Assembly (NCBI GenBank): GCA_045110395.1
Contig: JBGCFX010000202.1
Coordinates: 1-54,513 of the forward strand
Direction of reading: 5' to 3'
DNA: 54,513 nt
From: Polaribacter sp.
Lineage (GTDB): Bacteria; Bacteroidota; Bacteroidia; Flavobacteriales; Flavobacteriaceae
The notes beneath the pieces are model-generated. The model did not search any database. It worked only from the letters and a program-made list of their open reading frames with translations, and was not told the origin of the DNA. A program made the position numbers and the translations under genes. Shown here one piece after another: positions 1 to 9,200 of this stretch. Within the stretch, counting starts at the first letter, position 1; every line of letters begins with the position of its first letter.

Positions 1-1296
1 TTAATCAGTTACTTGTAATAAATAATATGTTTTTTTACCACGTTGTAACAACACATATTTATTTGCGATTAAATCTTCTTTAGAAATGGTAAAATCTTCT
101 TTTACTTTTTCCTTATTTACAGAAATTGCGTTTTCTTTTAAAGCTCTTCTTGCTTCTCCATTAGATTTTAAGAAGTTAGTTTTGGCAGCTAAGGCTCCAA
201 TCATATCTAAACCATCATTTATATCATCTAAAGAAACAGAAGCCTGAGGCACACCATCAAAAACATCTAAAAAAGTTTGTTCGTCTAAGGTTTTTAAGTC
301 AGAAGCAGTAGATTTTCCAAACAAAATAGAAGACGCTTTTATTGCGTTTTCGTATGCTTCTTTTCCATGCACTAATAAAGTAACTTCTTCTCCAATCGTT
401 TTTTGTAATAAACGTAAATGAGGTGTTTCTTTATGCTCTGCAATTAATTTGTCTATGGTTGTTTTGTCTAAAAAAGTAAAAATTTTAATATACTTTTCTG
501 CATCTTCATCAGAAGCATTTAACCAATATTGGTAAAATTTATAAGGAGATGTTCTTTTAGCATCTAACCAAACATTGCCACCTTCAGATTTCCCGAATTT
601 AGAACCATCAGATTTTGTAATTAAAGGACATGTAATTGCATACCCTTTACCACCACCAATTCTTCTAATTAGTTCTGTTCCTGTTGTAATATTTCCCCAT
701 TGATCAGAACCTCCCATTTGTATAGAAGCATTGTTATTTTTATATAAATGTAAAAAATCATAACCTTGCACTAATTGATATGTAAATTCTGTAAAAGACA
801 TTCCGTCTTTAGATTCTGAACTAATTCTGTTTTTTACAGAATCTTTTGCCATCATATAATTTACGGTAATGTGTTTCCCTACATCACGTATAAATTCTAA
901 GAAAGAAAAATCTTTCATCCAATCGTAATTATTTACTAAAACTGCAGCATTTTCTGCTTTAGAAGTAAAATCTAAAAAGTGACTTAATTGTCCTTTAATA
1001 GCTTCTTGATTGTGTCTTAAAGTGGTTTCATCTAACAAATTACGTTCTGCAGATTTTCCTGAAGGATCACCAATCATACCAGTTGCACCACCCACTAAAG
1101 CAATTGGTTTATGACCACATCTTTGAAAATGTGCTAAAAGCATAATTGGTACTAAATTACCAATATGTAAAGAATCTGAAGTAGGATCAAAACCCACATA
1201 AGCACTTCTCATACTTTCTAATAAGTGCTCTTCTGTTGTTGGCATTGTATCATGCAACATTCCTCTCCATTGTAATTCTTCAATAAAATTTTTCAT
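1..1296 (-). CDS. tyrS: Tyrosine--tRNA ligase
   Basis: [15 protein letters not shown] (HIGH), [15 protein letters not shown] (KMSKS-like) and C-terminal S4-like domain; stop at 1-3. Confidence 0.98.
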   Translation of the reverse strand: MKNFIEELQWRGMLHDTMPTTEEHLLESMRSAYVGFDPTSDSLHIGNLVPIMLLAHFQRCGHKPIALVGGATGMIGDPSGKSAERNLLDETTLRHNQEAIKGQLSHFLDFTSKAENAAVLVNNYDWMKDFSFLEFIRDVGKHITVNYMMAKDSVKNRISSESKDGMSFTEFTYQLVQGYDFLHLYKNNNASIQMGGSDQWGNITTGTELIRRIGGGKGYAITCPLITKSDGSKFGKSEGGNVWLDAKRTSPYKFYQYWLNASDEDAEKYIKIFTFLDKTTIDKLIAEHKETPHLRLLQKTIGEEVTLLVHGKEAYENAIKASSILFGKSTASDLKTLDEQTFLDVFDGVPQASVSLDDINDGLDMIGALAAKTNFLKSNGEARRALKENAISVNKEKVKEDFTISKEDLIANKYVLLQRGKKTYYLLQVTD

Positions 1297-1320
1297 TATA
1301 ATTGTATCTGTATTTTCTGT

Positions 1321-1383
1321 TCGAGCGCAGTCGAGAACTTATTTAAAGTTTAGATTTATTAAAAATATCTCGACTGCGCTCGA
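1321..1383. repeat. REP-like GC-rich inverted repeat
   Basis: TCGAGCGCAGTCGAGA (1321-1336) and its perfect reverse complement TCTCGACTGCGCTCGA (1368-1383) around a 31-nt AT-rich spacer. Confidence 0.85.
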
Positions 1384-1420
1384 TAAGACATTGTGAAATT
1401 TTAAGTCTTTTTATCAGGGA

Positions 1421-1428
1421 CAAAGATA
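1421..1428 (-). promoter_or_regulatory. Bacteroidetes -7 promoter element for tyrS
   Basis: TATCTTTG on the minus strand matches TAnnTTTG. Confidence 0.65.
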
Positions 1429-1461
1429 AACTTATCAATCAAAAAACCATAAATTAGCCCT

Positions 1462-2460
1462 ATGATTTTAGTTACAGGAGGAACAGGTTTAGTAGGCGCA
1501 CATTTATTATATCATTTGATAAAAAATGATGAAAAAATACGTGCAATTTATCGTTCTGAAAAAAAAATTGAAGCTGTAAAAAAAGTCTTTTCTTATTATA
1601 CTGATGATAAAACACTCGTTGATAAAATAGAGTGGTTTCATGCAGATATAACTGAAGTTCCTGCAATGATTCCTGCTTTTATTGGTGTAAAAAAAGTATA
1701 TCATTGTGCTGCACTTATTTCTTTTAATCCTAAAGATTATAGAGAAATGCGAAAAGTAAATATTCACGGAACTGCAATTATCGTAAATCTTTCTATTGAT
1801 GCAAAAATTGAGAAACTTTGTTTTGTAGGTTCTATTGCTTCTGTTGGAAAATCTTTAAAAGAAGAATTCATTACAGAAGAATGTGAGTGGAATTCTCAAG
1901 AAGATAATAGTGGTTATTCTATTACAAAATTTGGTGCAGAAATGGAGGTTTGGAGAGCTAGTCAAGAAAATATAGATGTAGTTATTGTAAATCCTGGTGT
2001 AATTTTAGGAAGTGGTTTTTGGAATAATGGTTCTGGTAAATTATTCTCTCAGGTTTACAATGGTTTTAAATATTATACTGAAGGTTTTACAGGTTTTGTT
2101 GGGGTAAAAGATGTGGTAAAAGCTATGATTTTAATAATGAATACTAATGTTAAGAATGAACGTTTCATATTAGTTTCAGAAAATAAATCATTTAAAGAGG
2201 TGTTTTTTATGATTGCAGATGGTTTTGGTAAAAAAAGGCCATCAACAAAAATTAAATCTTGGCAAACTGCTATTTTTTGGCGATTTTCTTGGTTACTTTC
2301 TAAAATTACAGGCAAAGAACCTTTGCTAAGTAAATATTCTGCTAGAAGTGCGCATACAATTTCTAAATATTCTTCAAAGAAAATTGAAGAAAGAGTGGGT
2401 TTTCAGTTTCAAAAAATTGATGAAGTAATTCATGAAACTTGTAAAAATTATATTAGTTAG
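1462..2460 (+). CDS. NAD-dependent epimerase/dehydratase family protein
   Basis: ILVTGGTGLVG Rossmann motif, YHCAA, YSITK (YxxxK). Confidence 0.92.
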   Translation: MILVTGGTGLVGAHLLYHLIKNDEKIRAIYRSEKKIEAVKKVFSYYTDDKTLVDKIEWFHADITEVPAMIPAFIGVKKVYHCAALISFNPKDYREMRKVNIHGTAIIVNLSIDAKIEKLCFVGSIASVGKSLKEEFITEECEWNSQEDNSGYSITKFGAEMEVWRASQENIDVVIVNPGVILGSGFWNNGSGKLFSQVYNGFKYYTEGFTGFVGVKDVVKAMILIMNTNVKNERFILVSENKSFKEVFFMIADGFGKKRPSTKIKSWQTAIFWRFSWLLSKITGKEPLLSKYSARSAHTISKYSSKKIEERVGFQFQKIDEVIHETCKNYIS

Positions 2461-2881
2461 CATCAGGATCTTGAATGGTGTCTAAAACCGATGTTTTAAT
2501 TTTAGATTTTTCAATAGAGTCTCTTCTAATAGAATCGAACTTTGTTTTTAAATCGGTTACAAAAGCTTTCTTTTTGTCGATACTATTTTTTGCATCTTCA
2601 ACAATTTCTTTATAAACATCCATTTCAGAAGCATAATAAAGGTTGCTTTCCTTAAAACGAGTACTATCTATTTTAAAACGATTGTATACTAAAGGCAAGT
2701 AATTTATCTGAGATTCTAAACTTTTGTTTTTTTGATATTTAGCAGAGCTAGCAATCATCAGTTCTTGAATTAAAAGACTCATAGTATCTTTAGGAATCAA
2801 GTCTTTTGGCTTTTCAAAAATGGTATTACTTGTACAAGAATATAAAAAAATGAAACAAAAAAGGATTCGTAAATTTTTCAT
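2453..2881 (-). CDS. DUF4296-like lipoprotein
   Basis: Lipobox LYSC; KPKDLIPKDTM and IDSTRFKESNLYY patterns; follows dihydroorotase. Confidence 0.75.
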   Translation of the reverse strand: MKNLRILFCFIFLYSCTSNTIFEKPKDLIPKDTMSLLIQELMIASSAKYQKNKSLESQINYLPLVYNRFKIDSTRFKESNLYYASEMDVYKEIVEDAKNSIDKKKAFVTDLKTKFDSIRRDSIEKSKIKTSVLDTIQDPDAN

Positions 2882-2883
2882 AA

Positions 2884-4224
2884 TTATCTATTAAACGTAA
2901 TTCTTTTTCCTTTTATTTCATCATTAAAAACACCTTTATTATACATTAAGTTTCCGTTTACAAAAGTGTGTGTAATTGTAGATGAAAACGTGGTTCCTTC
3001 AAAAGGAGACCAACCACATTTGTATAAAATATTGTCTTTAGAAACGGTTTGAGGTTTATTTGCATCAATTAAAACTAAATCTGCATAAAAACCTTCTTTT
3101 ACAAACCCTCTTTTTTCTATTTGAAATAATTTTGCAGGATTATGACTCATTTTTTCAACCAATTTTTCAATCGGAATTACCCCTTCTTTTACTTTTTCTA
3201 AAAGTGCAATAACTGCATGTTGCACTAATGGTCCTCCACTTGGTGCTTTTAAATACGTATTACTTTTTTCGTCTAAAGTATGAGGTGCATGGTCTGTTGC
3301 TAAAACATCAATCCTGTCATCTAACAAAGCTTTCCATAAACCCAATCTGTCTTTTTCGGTTTTTACAGCAGGATTCCATTTTATATGTGTCCCTTTTTTG
3401 TCATAATCCTTATCAGAAAACCATAAATGATGTACACAAACTTCTGCTGTAATTTGCTTTTCTTCTAGAGGAATATCATTTCTAAATAAATGTGTTTCTT
3501 TTTCTGTTGATAAATGAAAAACGTGTAATCTCGCTCCAGTTTTCTTCGCTAATTCTATGGCTTTAGAAGATGATAAATAGCAAGCTTCTTCACTTCTAAT
3601 AATTGGGTGGTACTTGATAGGAATATCATTACCAAATTTTTCTTTAAATTCTGCTGTATTTTTTCTGATGGTGGCTTCATCTTCACAATGTACAGAAATA
3701 ATCATTTTTGTTGATGAAAATATTTTCTCAAGAATTTCTTCATTATCAACCAACATATTACCTGTAGATGAACCTAAAAATAGTTTGATTCCTGCTACTT
3801 TTTTAGGATCTGTTTTTAATAATTCTTCTAAATTATCGTTAGTGCCACCAAACATAAAAGAGTAGTTTGCATAAGAATCTTTAGCAGCAATTGTAAATTT
3901 ATCTTCTAATAATTCTTGTGTAGTTGCTTGTGGTACTGTATTTGGCATTTCTATAAACGTGGTAATTCCGCCAGCAATAGCAGCTTTACTTTCTGTGGCA
4001 ATATTTGCTTTGTGAGTTAAACCAGGTTCTCTAAAATGCACTTGATCATCTATAAAACCAGGAATTAAATATTTGCCTTGTGCATCTATAATTTCTATAT
4101 TCTCAACAACATTAATTTCTGTCGAAATTTGTTTTATTAATTCATTTTCAATCAAAACATCACCTTTAAAAGTGCTGTTTTCATTTACAATTGTCGCGTT
4201 TTTTATTAAGTATTTTTTTTCCAT
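2884..4224 (-). CDS. pyrC: Dihydroorotase
   Basis: PGFIDDQVHFREPG, MPNTVP, ATDHAPH amidohydrolase motifs. Confidence 0.93.
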   Translation of the reverse strand: MEKKYLIKNATIVNENSTFKGDVLIENELIKQISTEINVVENIEIIDAQGKYLIPGFIDDQVHFREPGLTHKANIATESKAAIAGGITTFIEMPNTVPQATTQELLEDKFTIAAKDSYANYSFMFGGTNDNLEELLKTDPKKVAGIKLFLGSSTGNMLVDNEEILEKIFSSTKMIISVHCEDEATIRKNTAEFKEKFGNDIPIKYHPIIRSEEACYLSSSKAIELAKKTGARLHVFHLSTEKETHLFRNDIPLEEKQITAEVCVHHLWFSDKDYDKKGTHIKWNPAVKTEKDRLGLWKALLDDRIDVLATDHAPHTLDEKSNTYLKAPSGGPLVQHAVIALLEKVKEGVIPIEKLVEKMSHNPAKLFQIEKRGFVKEGFYADLVLIDANKPQTVSKDNILYKCGWSPFEGTTFSSTITHTFVNGNLMYNKGVFNDEIKGKRITFNR

Positions 4225-4277
4225 TTTATATTTTATTTAACCTGTAAAAGGAGGTTTTTTTCGCAAAATTTTTTTTT

Positions 4278-4300
4278 ACTGAAACTGCGACTGCCAACTG
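4278..4300. repeat. Short ACTGnn tandem repeat (4 units)
   Basis: ACTGAA ACTGCG ACTGCCA ACTG immediately after the GT2 stop. Confidence 0.55.
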
Positions 4301-5026
4301 TTATTTTTTTGGCAATCCGTTTATTCGCATTTTTATCACTCCAAATATGGCTTCAGAAATAATATTTCCGCTCATTTTAGATGCTCCTAAAGCTCTATCT
4401 GTAAAGACAACAGAAACCTCTTTTATGTTAAAATTGTGTTTCCAAGCTTTAAATTTCATTTCAATTTGAAAGGCATACCCTACAAATTTTATTTTATCAA
4501 AATTAATATTTTCTAATACTTTTCTTTTCCAACAAACAAAACCAGCAGTAGTGTCGTAAATAGGAATTCTTGTTATGAGACGAACATATTTAGAGGCAAA
4601 ATACGAGAGTAATAACCTTTTAATGTCCCAGTTTACAACATTTATTTTGTTGTTTACGTATCTAGACCCTACAGAAACATCTCCATCTCCATTTTTACAA
4701 GCATTGTATAAACGTATCAAATCTTTTGGGTTGTGAGAAAAATCGGCATCCATTTCTATAATATATTCATAATCTTTGGCTAAAGCCCATTTAAATCCGT
4801 GAATATAAGCTGTGCCTAACCCATTTTTACCTTTTCTTTTTTCGATAAAAAGTTTATTCTGAAACTCAATCATTAATTTTTCTACGATTGCAGCAGTTTC
4901 ATCAGGAGAATTATCATCTACTACCAAAATATGAAACTCTTTTTTTTGATTAAAAACAGCTCTAATTATAGCTTCTATGTTTTCTTTTTCGTCGTAAGTT
5001 GGGATAATTACTATGGTATCAGACAT
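4301..5026 (-). CDS. Polyprenol monophosphomannose synthase (GT2, DPM1-like)
   Basis: IIPTYDE, VVDDNSPD, GLGTAY, EMDADFSHNP, GYAFQIEMK. Confidence 0.92.
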   Translation of the reverse strand: MSDTIVIIPTYDEKENIEAIIRAVFNQKKEFHILVVDDNSPDETAAIVEKLMIEFQNKLFIEKRKGKNGLGTAYIHGFKWALAKDYEYIIEMDADFSHNPKDLIRLYNACKNGDGDVSVGSRYVNNKINVVNWDIKRLLLSYFASKYVRLITRIPIYDTTAGFVCWKRKVLENINFDKIKFVGYAFQIEMKFKAWKHNFNIKEVSVVFTDRALGASKMSGNIISEAIFGVIKMRINGLPKK

Positions 5027-5052
5027 AAAGAAATTTCTATGTGGTAAGAAGA

Positions 5053-5082
5053 CAAATATACATAAAGAAATTACTAATTTTG
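5053..5082. promoter_or_regulatory. Divergent pair of -7 promoter elements
   Basis: TATATTTG on minus (5053-5060) and TAATTTTG on plus (5075-5082). Confidence 0.65.
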
Positions 5083-5107
5083 CGTTAATATTTTCAAATT
5101 AAAATAG

Positions 5108-5749
5108 GTGCAAGCATTAGAAAGAGTTAATAGTAATGATTATTGGGTTACCATTGTTTTGGTTTGCCTATTAATTGCTGTTTTTTTTCTTAAATTATTA
5201 GATGCTAAAAAATTAAAGGGCTATGCTTTTTCTATGTTTTCTAGGGGTTTTATAGAGGATGAAATAGAAGAAAATATAGGATTTTTTAATTCTTTTCAGA
5301 TTCTTATTTCTTTCTTTTCTGGTATTGTTATATCCTTGTTAGTCTATAATTTGCTTTCTATTTATGGCAATAATTTTGATGAAGGTTTTTATTCTTTTTG
5401 CATAGTTTTTTTATTGATTAGTATCTTTTTTTTAATAAAAAGATTCTTAGAATATGCATTAACGTTGTTGTTTAACATTAAAAAACCTTTGCGTTTCTAT
5501 TTAGTATCTAAATTTAGTTATTTATTCGCAATCTGTTTTTTATTGTTTTTTGGCCTTGTATTAGTCGCTTATGCTCATATAAACATTGTGTTTTTAGTTT
5601 ATTCTTCTATTGCATTATTCGCAATAAGATTTGTCTTACACGTATTTAATAATAAAAAGCTGATTTTTAGTAAGTTGTTTTATTTTATTTTGTACTTTTG
5701 CGCCTTCGAAATAGCACCGCTATTAATCTTGTTTAAATTGATGTTTTAA
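5108..5749 (+). CDS. DUF4271-like membrane protein
   Basis: Multiple TM segments, C-terminal FYFILYFCAFEIAP, upstream of hemD; GTG start. Confidence 0.8.
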   Translation: MQALERVNSNDYWVTIVLVCLLIAVFFLKLLDAKKLKGYAFSMFSRGFIEDEIEENIGFFNSFQILISFFSGIVISLLVYNLLSIYGNNFDEGFYSFCIVFLLISIFFLIKRFLEYALTLLFNIKKPLRFYLVSKFSYLFAICFLLFFGLVLVAYAHINIVFLVYSSIALFAIRFVLHVFNNKKLIFSKLFYFILYFCAFEIAPLLILFKLMF

Positions 5750-5767
5750 ATAAATAAACGAAAGCTT

Positions 5768-6514
5768 ATGAAAGTGAAAACGATTTTAGTTTCGCAGCCA
5801 GAACCTAAGGCAGAAACATCACCTTATTTTGACTTATCAGACAAACAAAAGGTAAAAATAGATTTTAGACCCTTTATTCATGTAGAAGGAATTTCTGTAA
5901 AAGAAGTTAGAGGTCAGAAAATTGATTTAAAAAATTTCACAGCAATTATTTTAACGAGTAGAAATGCTGTAGATCACTTTTTTAGAATTGCTGAAGAAAT
6001 GCGATTTAAAGTGCCAGATGATATGAAATACTTCTGTCAATCTGAGGCTGTTGCTTTTTATTTACAGAAATACGTTGTCTATAGAAAACGTAAAATTTAT
6101 GTAGGCAACAGAACGTTTCCTGAATTAACAAAGTTAATTAAGAAGCATAAAACCGAAAACTTTTTATTACCATCTTCAGACAAACTAAAACCATTAGTGC
6201 CAGAAGAATTAAATAAATTGGCTGTAAAATGGACAAGAGCAGATTTGTATAGAACTGTAGTAAGCGATTTATCTGATTTAGAGGACGTTTTTTATGATGT
6301 ATTGGTTTTCTTTAGCCCATCAGGAATTGAGTCTTTGTTAAAAAACTTCCCTGATTTTAAACAGAATGATACAAGAATTGCAGTTTTTGGTAACTCTACA
6401 GTAAAAGCTGCAACAGATGCTGGTTTAAAGTGCGATATAACTGCACCAACACCAGAAACACCTTCTATGACAATGGCTCTAGATAAATATATTAAAGTAG
6501 CTAATAAGAAATAA
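5768..6514 (+). CDS. hemD: Uroporphyrinogen-III synthase
   Basis: ILVSQP, IILTSRNAVD, LYRTV, VFFSPSG HemD motifs. Confidence 0.88.
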   Translation: MKVKTILVSQPEPKAETSPYFDLSDKQKVKIDFRPFIHVEGISVKEVRGQKIDLKNFTAIILTSRNAVDHFFRIAEEMRFKVPDDMKYFCQSEAVAFYLQKYVVYRKRKIYVGNRTFPELTKLIKKHKTENFLLPSSDKLKPLVPEELNKLAVKWTRADLYRTVVSDLSDLEDVFYDVLVFFSPSGIESLLKNFPDFKQNDTRIAVFGNSTVKAATDAGLKCDITAPTPETPSMTMALDKYIKVANKK

Positions 6515-6540
6515 AACTTTTTTTAAGTTGATAAATATAT

Positions 6541-6569
6541 AAAACCAAGCAGAAATGCTTGGTTTTTTT
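6541..6569 (+). terminator. Rho-independent terminator after hemD
   Basis: AAAACCAAGCA-GAAA-TGCTTGGTTTT followed by Ts. Confidence 0.88.
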
Positions 6570-6649
6570 GCTTTTTAAATATTAGTTGGGTAACATTTTA
6601 AAGAATTTTAAGTCTTTATAAAAAGCATGTTTTATAAACCTACTTAAAA

Positions 6650-7450
6650 ATGAATCAATTAAAAAAAGGAAATTTTTTTGGAACTCACTATAAAAAATCT
6701 AATTTCGATAGTATCATTATAACAGACACAGAATATACACATCTTAAAGTAGATTGGCATTATCATGAAAATCCTTATTTCACCTATTTGCTTCAAGGAA
6801 AACTTTTTGAATCTAATAAAAAAGAATCTTATTATTTAAAACCAGGAAGTTTACTTTTTCATAATTGGCAAGATGCACATTATAATATAAAACCAAACGA
6901 ATTTACAAGAGGTTTTCATATTGAATTAAATGAAGATTGGTTTTGTAAAAACGATATTGATATTATGAATTTTGAAGGAAGTATGACCTTAGAAAATCCT
7001 GTGACTAAAAACTTAATGAACACTATTTTTATTGAATCAAAAATAAATGACCAATATTCTAATTTGAGCATAGAAGCGTCTTTAGTTGCTATTTTTAATA
7101 CTGTAAAAAGTTCGGAAAATAGTACTTTTAAAAAACCTTTTTGGGTACACAAACTCAAAGAGTTTTTAATAGAAGAAAATACAGATTTTTCCTTAAAAAA
7201 TTTAAGTTCTATTTTAGGAATTCATCCTGTTCATTTATCAAGAGAATTTCATAAATATTTTGGAGTTTCTTTAGGAAATTATATACGCCTTTTAAAGGTA
7301 AATAAAGCGTTTTACTTGTTAGCATCTAAAAAATTTACCTTAACAGAAATTTGTTATCAATGTGGTTTTTACGACCAAAGCCATTTTATATCAAACTTTA
7401 AATCTATATACAAAACAACACCTTCAAAAGTTTTAAAACAAATTTCTTAA
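6650..7450 (+). CDS. AraC-family transcriptional regulator
   Basis: Cupin-like WHYHENPYF N-terminus; C-terminal HPVHLSREF and CGFYDQSHF HTH motifs. Confidence 0.93.
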   Translation: MNQLKKGNFFGTHYKKSNFDSIIITDTEYTHLKVDWHYHENPYFTYLLQGKLFESNKKESYYLKPGSLLFHNWQDAHYNIKPNEFTRGFHIELNEDWFCKNDIDIMNFEGSMTLENPVTKNLMNTIFIESKINDQYSNLSIEASLVAIFNTVKSSENSTFKKPFWVHKLKEFLIEENTDFSLKNLSSILGIHPVHLSREFHKYFGVSLGNYIRLLKVNKAFYLLASKKFTLTEICYQCGFYDQSHFISNFKSIYKTTPSKVLKQIS

Positions 7451-7516
7451 ATGTTAATTTTATACAATTTTAGAATCTTTAAAATGAATAATTTTGTTAA
7501 AAATTAAACAAAACAG

Positions 7517-9133
7517 ATGAAATTAAATTTTTTAGTACTATTGGTTAGTTGTCTAATTGTTTCTTGTGGTAATGCACAAGAAAAGAATTCAGAAAAAGAA
7601 AATAGTTTATTTTTCTCAAAAGAAGAAATAACTCAAAACAATATTCACACAAAGAACTATACAGATCTTTTTACACTTAATAAAGAAGAATATTTGAATA
7701 TTCATTTTACACTAAAAAAACCACTTGTAAAAAGCCTTCAAGAATTAGCACCTAATTTAAGTGAAGATCAATTATTAGAAAAAGGGAATTTCCAATTTTC
7801 GTTTTTAGTTGATGGAGAAGTAATTTACGTTGAAAATTTGCATAAAGGAGCAGGATTTAAAGCATCAAAAACAACACAATTAAAACATACAATTCGTTTA
7901 GTTACTCCTAAAAAAATAGATTATTGGGGCTGGTTTATGTGGTTAAAGTTTATGAAATTAGGTGGTGGACAAGATAAATTGAATAAAGGAAACCATAGTT
8001 TAACAATAGAAGTAAGACCTTATTTAAAAGAAAATAATTTAAAAGTTGGAGCTGTTTTAGCTAAAGGAAAATTACCTGTAGAAGTTGCAGAAATTCCTGT
8101 TGATAAAAGTTTAATTCCTCTTCAAAAAATAGCAAAAAATAGCGGCTGGAAAGTTTCGAGTGATAATTTTGATAAAATAAAAATTGAAGCCTTAAACAGA
8201 AAGATTGCAGAAAATAGATTCGAAAAAATAAATGGAATCGTAGTTATAAAAAACAACGAACTTCTAATAGAACAATATTTTAATGGAGAAAATAGAAATA
8301 GTTTGCACGACCCAAAATCTGTAGGTAAATCCATCGCATCTACAATGTTAGGCATTGCAATTGAAGAAAAATTTATTAAAAATGAAAACCTACAATTAAA
8401 AGATTTTTACAATTTAAAATCATTTAAAAATTATAATAATAAAAAAGAAGAAGTTACTTTAAAATCTTTGTTAACAATGAGTTCTGGCTTTGTTGGTAAT
8501 GATAATGATTATGGGAGCTTAGGGAATGAAGAGAAAATGTATCCAACAAAAAACTGGGTAAAATTTGCACTAGATTTACCAATGGAAGAAAACAAAATTA
8601 TGGAAAAAGATTTTTCCTATTTTACTGCAGGTATTGTGGTTTTAGGTGATGTAATTGAAAAATCTGTACCAAAAGGTTTGGTTTCTTATGCCGATAAAAA
8701 ATTATTTAAACCTCTAAATATTATTGATTATCAATGGGAGTTTACACCTCAAAAAATAGGAAATACAGCTGGTGGAATTCGATTAAGAGCCATAGATTTT
8801 GCTAAATATGGACAGTTATATAAAAATAATGGAGTTTGGAGTGGACAACAAGTTTTACCAAAAAAATGGGTAGAAAAAAGTTTAAGTAAACAAGTAGAAA
8901 TTTCCTCTAATGAGTTTTATGGCTATTTGTTCTGGAATAAAACTTACAAAGTCGGAACTAAAGAATATGAAGTTTCTTATGCAAGTGGTAATGGTGGAAA
9001 CAAGATTTTTATTTTTAAAGATATTCCTTTTGTGGTTGTAATAACTTCCTCTGCTTATAATTTTCCGAACGCACATAAAAATGCTGATAAAATGATGACG
9101 GATTATATTTTGCCAGCAGTTTTAAACAAATAA
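7517..9133 (+). CDS. Serine hydrolase (beta-lactamase/PBP-like) lipoprotein with N-terminal extension
   Basis: Lipobox IVSC; SVGK (SxxK), LLTMSSG, FSYFT, DFAKYGQLY, ASGNGGN. Confidence 0.88.
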   Translation: MKLNFLVLLVSCLIVSCGNAQEKNSEKENSLFFSKEEITQNNIHTKNYTDLFTLNKEEYLNIHFTLKKPLVKSLQELAPNLSEDQLLEKGNFQFSFLVDGEVIYVENLHKGAGFKASKTTQLKHTIRLVTPKKIDYWGWFMWLKFMKLGGGQDKLNKGNHSLTIEVRPYLKENNLKVGAVLAKGKLPVEVAEIPVDKSLIPLQKIAKNSGWKVSSDNFDKIKIEALNRKIAENRFEKINGIVVIKNNELLIEQYFNGENRNSLHDPKSVGKSIASTMLGIAIEEKFIKNENLQLKDFYNLKSFKNYNNKKEEVTLKSLLTMSSGFVGNDNDYGSLGNEEKMYPTKNWVKFALDLPMEENKIMEKDFSYFTAGIVVLGDVIEKSVPKGLVSYADKKLFKPLNIIDYQWEFTPQKIGNTAGGIRLRAIDFAKYGQLYKNNGVWSGQQVLPKKWVEKSLSKQVEISSNEFYGYLFWNKTYKVGTKEYEVSYASGNGGNKIFIFKDIPFVVVITSSAYNFPNAHKNADKMMTDYILPAVLNK

Positions 9134-9200
9134 TAAATTTAGAATACTAGTTTTAGAAAGTTAAAGATTAAAATAATAATTTGAGAATTTATGGTTAAAA

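Noticed and set aside
1297-1420. T-box riboswitch in the tyrS leader
   Set aside because: No T-box motif and the leader is too short; the hairpin fits a REP-like repeat better.
7453-7469. GTTAATTTTATACAATT as an extra LytTR half-site
   Set aside because: Only one TATACA with no partner 21 bp away; more plausibly an AraC site, which cannot be shown here.
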